27,846 bases of DNA from a bacterium. GTDB lineage: Bacteria > Patescibacteriota > UBA1384 > XYA2-FULL-43-10 > 1-14-0-10-43-13. This document shows, piece after piece, positions 16,692 to 25,455 of the stretch. The notes under the pieces were generated by a model that did not search any database, was not told where the DNA came from, and saw only the letters and a list, made by a program, of their open reading frames with translations. The stretch lies in contig JAUSKR010000006.1 of NCBI GenBank assembly GCA_030649445.1, forward strand, positions 1-27,846, in the 5' to 3' direction. The position numbers were made by a program, and so were the translations under genes. Every line of letters begins with the position of its first letter. Position 1 is the first letter of the stretch.

Positions 16692-16778
16692 TGGTGGGCG
16701 AAAGAGGACTTGAACCTCCACGGGATTGCTCCCATAGCGCTCTGAACGCTACGTGTCTACCAATTCCACCATTCGCCC
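16692..16778 (-). tRNA. tRNA-Leu(CAG)
   Basis: GGGCGAA/TTCGCCC acceptor, TAGCG-TTCAGAG-CGCTA anticodon arm, long variable arm, TTCAAGT T-loop, encoded CCA. Confidence 0.95.
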
Positions 16779-16873
16779 TTATCAGCTGATAAGCGAATAA
16801 GCTTATAAGTGCGTAAGCGAGAGAATTTATTTCCTTATTAGCTTACTAGCTTATGGGCTTATGGGCTTACTGC
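16779..16873. repeat. Low-complexity TAAGC/GCTTA imperfect inverted repeat
   Basis: TAAGC units in the left half and GCTTA units in the right half. Confidence 0.6.
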
Positions 16874-18409
16874 TTACTGCTTTCTGACCCTCTTCTCCTC
16901 TATATACCACTTCCCAATCGTATCGAAACGGGAATAAACTTGCGTGCCAGTGATCGGCAAGATGCCCTTGACCGCCGGCTTGACCGAAAATGCGAATTGG
17001 ATCGGATCATAAAACTCAGCGATATAATTTTTCTTTATTGTATCAAAAACCTGGTCGTATTTGGCGTTACGACCGGCGGCGTCCGGCAACATCCGAGCGT
17101 CTTCCATCAAGATGTCGGCTTTCTTATCCGACCAACCGGCTAAATTCAGGTCGCTCATTTGGCTCGAATGCCAAAAGAGGTAGGGGTCGCGGTCGTAGCC
17201 AAAGTCAAAACCGTAGAGAACAAGATCATAATCTTTCTGGACTAAATGGTCTTGGAAACTGACACTATCATAATAATTAATCTTGATTTTTAAGTTCTCT
17301 GTCTCAAATTTTTTCTTTAATTCTTCCCCTTTGGCCCGCTGTGGCGGCGCGTCCTGAGCCGCAATTGTCAGGGTCAACGGCACATCGAATTTGCCACCGG
17401 TCAAAATTTTCTGTCTGACCGCCGCGTCCTTGAACGCGGTTTTGCGCAGATTGAAAATTAAGCCAAGCTCGCGAGAGGAATCATAATTCAGATTGGCACC
17501 AGCACCTGTGTCGGCACCAAAAATTGCATTGTTATTATTGTCTGTCTTGAATTGCTTGATAGCGTCAGTTTCGTCTGATTGAAAGACCAACTTGACTGTA
17601 TCTAAAAAAGGTTTACCGCTAGAATAGTTATCATTTCTGGCCAGATCAACTTCGGTAATTTTGCCTCCGCTCGAGACCGATTTTAAAAATTGAAACGGAC
17701 CAGAACTAGTCAGTTTTTGCGAGAAATCATCGGGTGCGAGATAAGATGGGATGATACTGAAGTCACAGTTGTAGATAAATGGGCCATATGCTTTGGCAAG
17801 ATTAAATTCAATGGTGAAGTCATCGATCAAGTCGACTTCTATACCTAACCAGGTCTTCTGAAGCGGACTTTTCAATTCCGGCGCTTGAATCATCGCTATT
17901 GTATAGGCGACATCCTTGGCCGTCAACGGCTGACCGTCACTGAACGCAATGCCATGCCGCAAGCTGAAGGTGTATTTTTTACCATCGGTTGAGACAGTGT
18001 AACTCTCAGCAGCATCAGGAACAATCGTGTTCGGGTCGGTAATTTTGACCAGACCCTGAAACATCAACTTACTAACGCTTTTCTCGGCATCAGACTGAGC
18101 CACGACTGGATTCAAAAATTTAACATTTCCGACCATCACTTCGGAGTATTCTCCGCCAACTGTCGGCCGCAAAACCGTTTCCTCAATATAATTTTTGTAT
18201 GATTTATAGCCAAGAAGGGAAACTCCGGCCACGAGGAGGACTATTGCTCCGATTCTTTCCCTTTTGGTCATCAAGAGATAACTTTTTTTGAGATTGCCAA
18301 AAAAGATTTTGGCTGCACCATAAGTAGTTGAGGCAAACAAAAAAGGTTTTTGCCAAACCTCGCTTCTCTCTTTCAAATTTTCTGATCGGAGCTTAAATCT
18401 AAATTTCAT
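16874..18409 (-). CDS. ABC transporter substrate-binding protein, family 5 (OppA/DppA-like), N-terminal TM anchor
   Basis: LNPVVA, GLVK...PDAAESYTVSTDGKKYTFSLR, FSDGQPLTAKDVAYT, SSGPFQF. Confidence 0.88.
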   Translation of the reverse strand: MKFRFKLRSENLKERSEVWQKPFLFASTTYGAAKIFFGNLKKSYLLMTKRERIGAIVLLVAGVSLLGYKSYKNYIEETVLRPTVGGEYSEVMVGNVKFLNPVVAQSDAEKSVSKLMFQGLVKITDPNTIVPDAAESYTVSTDGKKYTFSLRHGIAFSDGQPLTAKDVAYTIAMIQAPELKSPLQKTWLGIEVDLIDDFTIEFNLAKAYGPFIYNCDFSIIPSYLAPDDFSQKLTSSGPFQFLKSVSSGGKITEVDLARNDNYSSGKPFLDTVKLVFQSDETDAIKQFKTDNNNNAIFGADTGAGANLNYDSSRELGLIFNLRKTAFKDAAVRQKILTGGKFDVPLTLTIAAQDAPPQRAKGEELKKKFETENLKIKINYYDSVSFQDHLVQKDYDLVLYGFDFGYDRDPYLFWHSSQMSDLNLAGWSDKKADILMEDARMLPDAAGRNAKYDQVFDTIKKNYIAEFYDPIQFAFSVKPAVKGILPITGTQVYSRFDTIGKWYIEEKRVRKQ

Positions 18410-18416
18410 AATGGTT

Positions 18417-18448
18417 CTTCCCCTAAACTAGGGGAAGCTAGAAGGGGT
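18417..18448. repeat. REP-like hairpin + G-rich tail
   Basis: CTTCCCCTA-aac-TAGGGGAAG-CTAGAAGGGGT. Confidence 0.6.
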
Positions 18449-18486
18449 ATGGAATATGTAGTTTCGTAAAATATTCGTATTTGCTA

Positions 18487-18708
18487 TTATGTCGCAAAGA
18501 ACACGGTCGCCACAGCCGACAAACAAAACAAAATTGCGATCACGATCGTTGCCGTGAATAAAAATTTTTCAATGCCGCGACGCGACCGGTAGACGTTGCC
18601 TTCGCCACCAAAAGCCGTACCCAAGCCCGATCCGCGCTGTTGGAGCAGGATAAGCGCAGTCAGGACGACCGCCAAGACAATCTGAATAATTTTGAGTGTT
18701 GTCGACAT
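18487..18708 (-). CDS. secG: Preprotein translocase subunit SecG
   Basis: Two TMs around ILLQQRGSGLGTAFGG...RRGIEK. Confidence 0.92.
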   Translation of the reverse strand: MSTTLKIIQIVLAVVLTALILLQQRGSGLGTAFGGEGNVYRSRRGIEKFLFTATIVIAILFCLSAVATVFFAT

Positions 18709-18794
18709 AATTTGATAACTGCCCTAAAAAACTTAAAGCAGATTCCTCTGCTTCTTGTAAGAATACAACAAACCAAATAAAATTTCAATCGTTC

Positions 18795-18826
18795 CCTCCC
18801 ATTTTGAAGGGGAGGCTAGGAGGGGT
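18795..18826. repeat. REP-like hairpin + G-rich tail
   Basis: CCTCCCATT-ttg-AAGGGGAGG-CTAGGAGGGGT; same layout as 18417. Confidence 0.6.
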
Positions 18827-18837
18827 TTATTGGAGAT

Positions 18838-19470
18838 TTATTCAAAGATAATAACACTTCCGGCTCTCTCTGAAATATTATTCTGATTTATCTCCAGCTC
18901 ACTAACTTCACCGACTCCCCAGCCAAGTTTTTTGATAAATTCATCAACTGGCGCAATCGGTACTGATGCTGGCAGATTTTTGGATTTGTAGTGCATCGGC
19001 AAAACGACTTTCGGTTTTAATTGATTGACAATTTCGACTGCCTGATCCGCATCGATGGTATAAAAGCCGCCGACCGGAATCATCAGAATGTCGATTGGCC
19101 CGATCAAATTTAATTGTTCTTGTGTGAATAAATGCCCTAGATCCCCCAAATGCCCCAATCTTAATCCCTCAATTTCATAGATAAAAACAATATTATTGCC
19201 TCTCTCCTGGCCTTGAACATCGTCGTGAAAAGTCGGCACGCCGGTGATTTTAATCCCGCCAAAATCATACTCGCTAGGTTTGTCGATAACTTTCGGACTT
19301 CCCCCAACCCCTTCGATATAATTGTGATCGTGATGCGCGTGCGACACGGTCACGATATCCGCAATCAGGCTGGCCGGCAGGGTGCCAACAGCCGGATCGT
19401 GCGGATCGATAACAATAGTCTTGTCGCTTCCAATTTTAAATGTCGAGTGTCCGAGCCATTTAATTTTCAT
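18838..19470 (-). CDS. MBL-fold metallo-hydrolase
   Basis: WLGHSTF, VIDP, SHAHHDHN, HLGDLG, VLPMHY. Confidence 0.92.
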   Translation of the reverse strand: MKIKWLGHSTFKIGSDKTIVIDPHDPAVGTLPASLIADIVTVSHAHHDHNYIEGVGGSPKVIDKPSEYDFGGIKITGVPTFHDDVQGQERGNNIVFIYEIEGLRLGHLGDLGHLFTQEQLNLIGPIDILMIPVGGFYTIDADQAVEIVNQLKPKVVLPMHYKSKNLPASVPIAPVDEFIKKLGWGVGEVSELEINQNNISERAGSVIIFE

Positions 19471-19638
19471 AATTTGCCTCCAATCTATATTATTGTCGTC
19501 TCCGATCCGATCGGGGGTTCATTTCTAACTTAAATTCTAAATCCTGTATTCTATCCACTATATTACTACGATTTTGACCTTGAATATAGTCTACAAAGCA
19601 CAAAACTATTGAAAATAAATTATAGAAATGTTAATTTA

Positions 19639-19845
19639 TTAGTAATCCAGCACTAACTTCGGCACCGAGCCGAGAAAAGTGGCTGGTAGGAGTACCTCGA
19701 TGCGTAAGTCCGCGACTGCTCGCGGTCCGACGGAGGCCGGCTTGGTCTCCACAAGGCGCAACATCTCCACGTGACCAACGGCGAAGATCCTCGAAAGGTG
19801 GTCAAGAGGCAATGAGTACGAACCCGCGATTCGCGGCTCGACGGC
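19639..19845 (-). pseudogene. Possible GC-rich gene fragment (68 codons, no convincing start)
   Basis: Frame AVEPRIAGSYSLPLDHLSRIFAVGHVEMLRL...PKLVLDY* has G/C-biased third positions; bounded upstream by TGA. Confidence 0.3.
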
Positions 19846-19922
19846 TCACCGCCCGTGGTGCGCCTCTCTAGCGACATCTCCCCAGTGTTCCCCTCCTGGA
19901 CACTCGGTAGTCCCCTCTGGGT

Positions 19923-19946
19923 GGCGGCGCGGTTCGCCGCGCCGCC
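19923..19946. other. Perfect 10-bp GC hairpin with TTCG loop
   Basis: GGCGGCGCGG-TTCG-CCGCGCCGCC. Confidence 0.75.
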
Positions 19947-19960
19947 CCCACCTTCCCCCC

Positions 19961-19989
19961 TTGACAAACAAGAAATTATATGATAAGAT
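19961..19989 (+). promoter_or_regulatory. Sigma70 promoter pointing toward the tRNA cluster
   Basis: TTGACA-17 bp-TAAGAT with TG-n extension. Confidence 0.65.
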
Positions 19990-20348
19990 ACTAACATCCT
20001 GTAATTGACCTCATGATTCAGTTCTCGATATTTGGCTGGTTGCCCCTGCAATCATTGCACGATCTCTAACACTCACCATTTAATTTGGCGTATTTTCGTC
20101 CAAAGGTAAGTCACTTCAAGATCGATAGACATCTGGCCATCTCAAATTTTGCATTTTTGCAAACACGCTGATTTTTGCGCCCATATTGGGCAAAGTTTTC
20201 AATCCCGCACGATATATAGCAATATAATTTGCTAACTGCCGGCACTTCGAGACTAAAATGAAAATTAGCTGTTTGCGAAGAACTACTCCTATTATTTACT
20301 AGCACAAAGTTTTGTGTTAGAATTTTGGTGTTTTTAGTTAATAATTTT

Positions 20349-20423
<75 letters not shown>

Positions 20424-20465
20424 CGTAAAATCGTGGCAAGCCACTGTTGTTTTACAAGTTGGTCT

Positions 20466-20539
20466 GGTGTCGTGGCCGAGAGGTTAGGCAGCGGTCTGCA
20501 AAACCGCGTAGCCGGGTTCGATTCCCGGCGACACCTCCA
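20466..20539 (+). tRNA. tRNA-Cys(GCA)
   Basis: GGTGTCG/CGACACC acceptor, CTGCAAA loop, TTCGATT, CCA. Confidence 0.95.
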
Positions 20540-20586
20540 AATTAATTGAAGTTTCGTTTGAAATTTGTTAATTTAATAGCTGGTAT

Positions 20587-20660
20587 GCGGGTATAGTATA
20601 GCGGTAATATACGTCCTTGCCATGGATGAGACACGGGTTCGACTCCCGTTACCCGCTCCA
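20587..20660 (+). tRNA. tRNA-Gly(GCC)
   Basis: GCGGGTA/TACCCGC acceptor, TTGCCAT loop, TTCGACT, CCA. Confidence 0.95.
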
Positions 20661-20701
20661 TAAAAAAATGATCATCGTAAGATGGTCGTTTTTTTATGGA
20701 G
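20656..20701 (+). terminator. Terminator of the tRNA cluster
   Basis: CTCCATAAAAAAATGATCATC-gtaa-GATGGTCGTTTTTTTATGGAG. Confidence 0.75.
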
Positions 20702-20803
20702 TAGAATAGTGTCTCGGTGACCGACTCCCACGATGATTAAGCTGATATCTATTGATATCTCCGCTAGTTTCAAGTAATTTAGAATTAACATAACAATAAT
20801 GAT

Positions 20804-20833
20804 TGGATCCCCGGGTCAAGCCCGAGGATGACA
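20804..20833. repeat. Short palindromic REP/RPE-like element
   Basis: TGGATCCCCGGGTCAAGCCCGAGGATGACA; hairpin ending in GATGACA. Confidence 0.6.
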
Positions 20834-20852
20834 ACTTTTTAAAAGGAAAATT

Positions 20853-21200
20853 ATGGGCAAAAAACACAACAAATTCAAAAAACGCCAATCAGCTCACCAA
20901 CCCCACGCCGCGCGACAAGAGACGGCTCAGCCCGTTTCAACTTCAACTCAAGAAATGGCGGACACGCTGGTCGAAATCAAATCGTCAGAACTCTCAAAAG
21001 CAATCACGCCGGAGAAACCGGATGAAATTGCCCTACTCAACGAGAAATACGCCTTCGTCCGCCGGGATGTCCGGAAGTTGATCATCGTCCTCGGATCTTT
21101 AGTTTTACTTTTTGTCGCCATCTATTTCGTTAACACCCGCACGACACTCCTCACGAATCTCGGAAATTGGATTTACAAAATTGGACATTTTTCGATTTAG
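20853..21200 (+). CDS. Hypothetical membrane protein (basic N-terminus, C-terminal TM)
   Basis: AAAGGA SD; hydrophobic LIIVLGSLVLLFVAIYFV segment. Confidence 0.75.
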   Translation: MGKKHNKFKKRQSAHQPHAARQETAQPVSTSTQEMADTLVEIKSSELSKAITPEKPDEIALLNEKYAFVRRDVRKLIIVLGSLVLLFVAIYFVNTRTTLLTNLGNWIYKIGHFSI

Positions 21201-22732
21201 TAGACTTTTTCCTTCGGCCGATATTGCAATGCTTCGGCGATGTGATTCGGTTTAATGTTCTCTGAATTTTCCAGATCAGCAATTGTTCGAGCTAATTTGA
21301 GTAAGCGGTGATATACTCTCGCTGACAATTTCATCGAATCAACGGCGGCCCCGATCAATTTTTCCGCATCATCGTCAAGTCGGCAATATTTTTTGACTTC
21401 CTTGACGCCCATTTTGGCGTTTGATTTTATTTTAGTCCCCTTGAATCGCTCTTTCTGCTTTTGACGGGCGGATTCAACCCGCTCTTTAACTTTGGCTGAT
21501 TCCTCCGCGACTTTCTCACTGGCTAATTTGTCGTATTTAATTCTCGGCACTTCGATATGAATGTCGATCCGATCTAGGATCGGACCGGAGACCTTTTTCT
21601 GGTATCGGATAACTTGTGTCGGGGTGCAAATGCAATGCTTTTCCGGATCGGAAAGGTAGCCACAGGGGCAAGGGTTTTGGGCCGCCACCAGCAAAAATTC
21701 AGCCGGAAAAGTCAGCGAACCGGTCGCCCGGGAAACAGTGACGATGCCGTCCTCAAGCGGCTGACGTAAAGCTTCCAAGACGCTCCGCGGGAACTCCGGG
21801 AATTCGTCCAGAAAGAGGACACCTCGATGGGACAGGGAGATCTCTCCCGGCTTCGGCCAAGTGCCGCCGCCAACGATGGCGACGCTCGATGTTGTGTGGT
21901 GTGGTGAGCGGAATGGCCGGATTTTTTGCAGATTGGCAGCACCACTTAGCAATCCGGAAACCGAATAAATCTTCATCACTTCGAGCATCTCATCCTCATC
22001 CATTTCTGGTAAAATCGTCGGCAAGCTCCGGGCGAGCAAGGTCTTGCCCGAGCCGGGCGGCCCGGACAGAAAAATATTGTGATGGCCGGCGGCGGCAATC
22101 TCCATCGCTCGCTTCGCCTGTTCCTGCCCGGCGATATAGCTAAAATCAAATTGCGACTCCACTTCACTTTCTACTTTATGAACTTTACGAACTTTATAAA
22201 CTGGGATAACTTCCTCACCGCGTAAATGTTCAATCAACCGCATCAGCGACTCGACTGCGATAACTTTTATTCCCTTGACCAGCGCCGCTTCCTCGGCATT
22301 CGCGACCGGCACGAAAATTTGTTCGAACCCCCTCTCGGCGGCATACATCGCGATCGGCAAGACGCCGCTGACCGGCCGCAATTTGCCGTCAAGCGAGAGT
22401 TCACCGATAAATATTGCCGTTTCAAAATCCTTGACACGGTCAAATTGTTCTCCGGACAGGAGGATGCCGACAGCAATCGGCAGATCGAAGCTCGGCCCCT
22501 CCTTTTTGACATCAGCCGGCGCCAGATTGATCGTCAAACGATGATTTGGAAAGAAGACACCAGAATTTCGGATCGCCGCCCGGACCCGCTCTTTGCTCTC
22601 CTCGATCGCCTTGTCCGGCAGACCGACAATAGTAAAAGACGGCAGACCGGCGCCGATGTCCACTTCCACTTCCACTAAATAGGAATCGAGTCCAACCGTA
22701 GCAGCCGAAAATATCTTGGCAACTTTGTTCAA
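21197..22732 (-). CDS. comM: YifB/ComM Mg-chelatase-like AAA+ ATPase
   Basis: GLPSFTIVGLPD, KEGPSFDLPIA, GPPGSGKT, RPFRSPHH, LFLDEFPEF, NPCPCG; TTG start with GGAGG SD. Confidence 0.95.
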   Translation of the reverse strand: MNKVAKIFSAATVGLDSYLVEVEVDIGAGLPSFTIVGLPDKAIEESKERVRAAIRNSGVFFPNHRLTINLAPADVKKEGPSFDLPIAVGILLSGEQFDRVKDFETAIFIGELSLDGKLRPVSGVLPIAMYAAERGFEQIFVPVANAEEAALVKGIKVIAVESLMRLIEHLRGEEVIPVYKVRKVHKVESEVESQFDFSYIAGQEQAKRAMEIAAAGHHNIFLSGPPGSGKTLLARSLPTILPEMDEDEMLEVMKIYSVSGLLSGAANLQKIRPFRSPHHTTSSVAIVGGGTWPKPGEISLSHRGVLFLDEFPEFPRSVLEALRQPLEDGIVTVSRATGSLTFPAEFLLVAAQNPCPCGYLSDPEKHCICTPTQVIRYQKKVSGPILDRIDIHIEVPRIKYDKLASEKVAEESAKVKERVESARQKQKERFKGTKIKSNAKMGVKEVKKYCRLDDDAEKLIGAAVDSMKLSARVYHRLLKLARTIADLENSENIKPNHIAEALQYRPKEKVY

Positions 22733-22820
22733 AATACCTCCCCACGAGAATTATCAAATAGTTCAAATCTATTGTATCAAAATTTTATAAAAAGTATTTT
22801 AGTGATCTTCAAAACGCTTT

Positions 22821-22843
22821 AGGGCGCCCCAGTGGGGCGCCCT
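22821..22843. terminator. GC hairpin downstream of the CA-like gene
   Basis: AGGGCGCCCC-agt-GGGGCGCCCT; no clear U tract. Confidence 0.45.
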
Positions 22844-22888
22844 TCGGCTCATTGTCTGCGAGGTTTTTCCCGCATGTGTTGGCGGCGG

Positions 22889-23599
22889 TCAGGCCGCCAC
22901 GGGATCACCGTGCTGGAAGACCGGCATCTCGTGCCGGAGGAACAGCGCACGGATCTTGTCGCGGTGGGGCAAGGGGACATCCCTTGCGAACGACATCGGC
23001 ACCTTCTGCCCAGCCGGCGCGTACCGGCCAAGGATCTTGCCGACGGTCGGCAAGTTGTTGTCGATGTCCGCGGCGCTCAGCAAGAGCGCTCTGCTCTGGC
23101 GACGGTGGTTGCCGACGACGAAGTTGTCGCCGACCACCACCTCGTGCACGACCGCCTCGTCATCGTACGACCAGTCGAGCTGGTCGTCCCGGATCACCTC
23201 ACGGATCAGCGACTCCAGCCAACAGTCCGTGCTGTTCAGCCCAAGCCAGTGAAAGACTGGGGACTGATCCCGCCGCAACTGCAGCACGGCGGTCGATATG
23301 CCGTGACTGCGTGTCTGCAGACCAAGCCACAACGCATAGTCGCGGCCCTGCCTGTCGCCCAAATCGCCATCCGGATAGGCCCCACACTCAGTGTGGAAGA
23401 CCAGAACCAGCGGCGCCTGGCGCGTCAGCTTCTCCTGCCGGTTTGACGGATCGGGCACGAAGGTGTCGAGTCTGAAGCGAACGCCAGGCGTCAGCTTCAG
23501 TACTCCGTTGAGCTCGTTCGCCAGTTGCTCGTACGACCGGCGCAAGCGCGGGTCGGGACAGCCGGCGATCAGTACAGATCGCGTTCCGATTTCACCCAT
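22889..23599 (-). CDS. Beta-carbonic-anhydrase-like protein with extra C-terminal region, GC-rich; ORF track start 23719, likelier ATG 23599
   Basis: IAGCPDPRL (CxDxR) and VFHTECGAY (HxxC); GC-rich codon usage begins near 23600. Confidence 0.65.
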   Translation of the reverse strand: MGEIGTRSVLIAGCPDPRLRRSYEQLANELNGVLKLTPGVRFRLDTFVPDPSNRQEKLTRQAPLVLVFHTECGAYPDGDLGDRQGRDYALWLGLQTRSHGISTAVLQLRRDQSPVFHWLGLNSTDCWLESLIREVIRDDQLDWSYDDEAVVHEVVVGDNFVVGNHRRQSRALLLSAADIDNNLPTVGKILGRYAPAGQKVPMSFARDVPLPHRDKIRALFLRHEMPVFQHGDPVAA

Positions 23600-23711
23600 T
23601 GTCTCTGACTCACCCTTCTTCTGTCTTCTGCGCCTTTGTTTGACCATGTCAACCGACAGGTCTAGCACAGACAAGAAAACAAAAAAGGACACCATATGGC
23701 GTCCTCTTAAT

Positions 23712-24122
23712 TCAAACAAATTTTATTTCATCCCAGTCAGCAAAGACTTTTTTGATAATAATATTGGGGTATCTTTCAGTCAGAATTTCTGCCGCCTTAT
23801 CCAATCTTTCAGTATGGAATTTTTTCTCTTCATCTTTATTGGCGAAGTCCTTACTGCCGCCGTAGGCGCCACAATCTATATGATCGATCAGATATAATTG
23901 TTTAATTGAGTGTAATTTCAATGATGTCGCGATGACATTGCAACAGCTGTCCAAATCAGCTTCACAATCGATGATCGCCTTGGTCGCGCCGACTTCGGTC
24001 CGGTAGTCAAAAACTCCGCCGGTCTGTAAAGCCAACCATTCAATCGTTTTTTTGATGAAACGACCGTCGATACATGAAACTGCTAAGACTTCCCAGTGAT
24101 GCAAATTCTTCAAATCTGACAT
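23712..24122 (-). CDS. Small beta-class carbonic anhydrase
   Basis: VSCIDGRF and IDHIDCGAYG zinc-ligand motifs. Confidence 0.85.
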   Translation of the reverse strand: MSDLKNLHHWEVLAVSCIDGRFIKKTIEWLALQTGGVFDYRTEVGATKAIIDCEADLDSCCNVIATSLKLHSIKQLYLIDHIDCGAYGGSKDFANKDEEKKFHTERLDKAAEILTERYPNIIIKKVFADWDEIKFV

Positions 24123-24183
24123 TGTTTCCCTTTGGGCCGTAGCTCAAGCTTTAGCTTGCTAACTATTACAATTTATTCAGAAA

Positions 24184-24212
24184 ATTCTACCACCATATTT
24201 TAGTTTGGTCAA
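24184..24212 (-). promoter_or_regulatory. Sigma70 promoter for the carbonic anhydrase gene
   Basis: TTGACC-17 bp-TAGAAT on the minus strand. Confidence 0.6.
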
Positions 24213-24321
24213 TAAGACCAGAAAAATCAAAATATTGATTGCTCTGGTCCTAGCTCCTACCTTACTGTAGTTCTCCTTTCTTCAGGGAGGAGCCGGATGT
24301 TGTGTTCACGGATGTTGGCCG

Positions 24322-25455
24322 TCATCGGACCTTGAGCGATTCCGCGTCGAAGGTGAGATCGAGCGGAAGGATCTCCACGGCTTTGAGGTCACCGCGCTTC
24401 GTGACGTAGCCGGCGTTGAAGAGCTCCATGCCGTGCCGACGAACGACATCGGACGCAGCTCGTACGTCATTCTGCGCTAGGAAGAGCGCGAAGCCAGCAC
24501 CCATGTTCAAGTTGCCGTAGGCTTCCTCGTTGGTGAGGTTGCCATGATGCTGGATGAACTGGAGTACCGGAGGGACTTCTGGGACTGCATGAATGACGTA
24601 GACGAAGGGCTCAGTCGCCCTCTCCAGTTTCCGCCAGGCATGACCAGTGACGTTGACTGTGTAGTGGGGAACGATACCGGCACCGAGCAGATCGTCCAAT
24701 ACCGGCACATAGATCGGCGTCGGCACCAGCAACGCGTCGCCATATGTCTGGCCGTTGCCGATGTCGGTCAGGTACCCGTCAGGCAACGATTCAGCAATCT
24801 GCTGCGCAAGGGTCAGACCGTTGGCGTGGATGCCAGTCGAGGGCAAGAACGTGATGACGTCACCATCCCGCAGATTCCGCGGATCGATCAACCGGCTTTT
24901 CGGTTTGATGATGCCGGCAGCAGAACCGGCCAAGACCGGAAAGTCGGGGTGTACGAGGACCTTCAGTGTCGGCATCTCGCCGCAACCCCAGGTACACCGT
25001 GCGATGTCGCACGCCTCAGCGAAGCCTTCCATCAGGTTGGCGACACGGGGCTCGTCGGCAAACCAGTCGGACGAACCTGCCGCCAAGTGCATGGCCACTG
25101 TGACGGGCATGACACCCAAGGTGATCATGTCATTGACGATCATCGCCAGCAAATCCTGAGCGATCAGGTTGAAGCTGAGCTGGCCGGTCAAACGGCGCAT
25201 CGCCTCGGCGACGCGGTTCTTGGTGCCAAGACCTTCCTCGACGTGGCCGTTGTAGCGGTCGTCTTCCTCGGTGAGGTAGACGCTCTCACCGCGGCTCCAA
25301 GGCACCTCACGCATGCCATGGTGTGCCAAGTTGTCGGCTGTTGTGAGTGCGCAAATCTGCGCTGCACGTTTGGCCGGATCCATCTGCTCGTAGTCAACGC
25401 CACTGCCTTGATAGGTTAGCGACGGTGCTTTCGCTTGTTCCAACCGAATTCTCAC
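24322..25455 (-). CDS. purM: AIR synthase (PurM)-family protein, divergent, GC-rich
   Basis: TYQGSGVD, EGLGTK, AMIVND, STGIHANG, LLVPTPIY, NMGAG. Confidence 0.82.
   Translation of the reverse strand: MRIRLEQAKAPSLTYQGSGVDYEQMDPAKRAAQICALTTADNLAHHGMREVPWSRGESVYLTEEDDRYNGHVEEGLGTKNRVAEAMRRLTGQLSFNLIAQDLLAMIVNDMITLGVMPVTVAMHLAAGSSDWFADEPRVANLMEGFAEACDIARCTWGCGEMPTLKVLVHPDFPVLAGSAAGIIKPKSRLIDPRNLRDGDVITFLPSTGIHANGLTLAQQIAESLPDGYLTDIGNGQTYGDALLVPTPIYVPVLDDLLGAGIVPHYTVNVTGHAWRKLERATEPFVYVIHAVPEVPPVLQFIQHHGNLTNEEAYGNLNMGAGFALFLAQNDVRAASDVVRRHGMELFNAGYVTKRGDLKAVEILPLDLTFDAESLKVR

Noticed and set aside
16213-17262. ORFs 16213+, 16322-, 16544+, 16563+, 16853+, 16990+
   Set aside because: Overlap the promoter, tRNA-Leu, its duplicate or the SBP gene; Arg/Ser/Pro-rich off-frame composition.
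16254-19848. TGA recoding (genetic code 25) to rescue the two GC-rich fragments
   Set aside because: Several solid genes end in TGA (e.g. 849, 24322), no long gene has in-frame TGA, and read-through yields no good start.
19653-20051. 132-aa ORF, or tmRNA/RNase P/SRP RNA in the GC patch
   Set aside because: The translation looks off-frame; I could not find tmRNA acceptor/T-arm ends, RNase P GAGGAAAGUCC or the SRP GGAA loop motif.
21712-25419. Long alternative ORFs over comM, the CA-like gene and purM (e.g. 22832+, 22852+, 23391+, 24544+)
   Set aside because: Typical stop-poor antisense frames of GC-rich genes; the opposite strand carries recognisable motifs.
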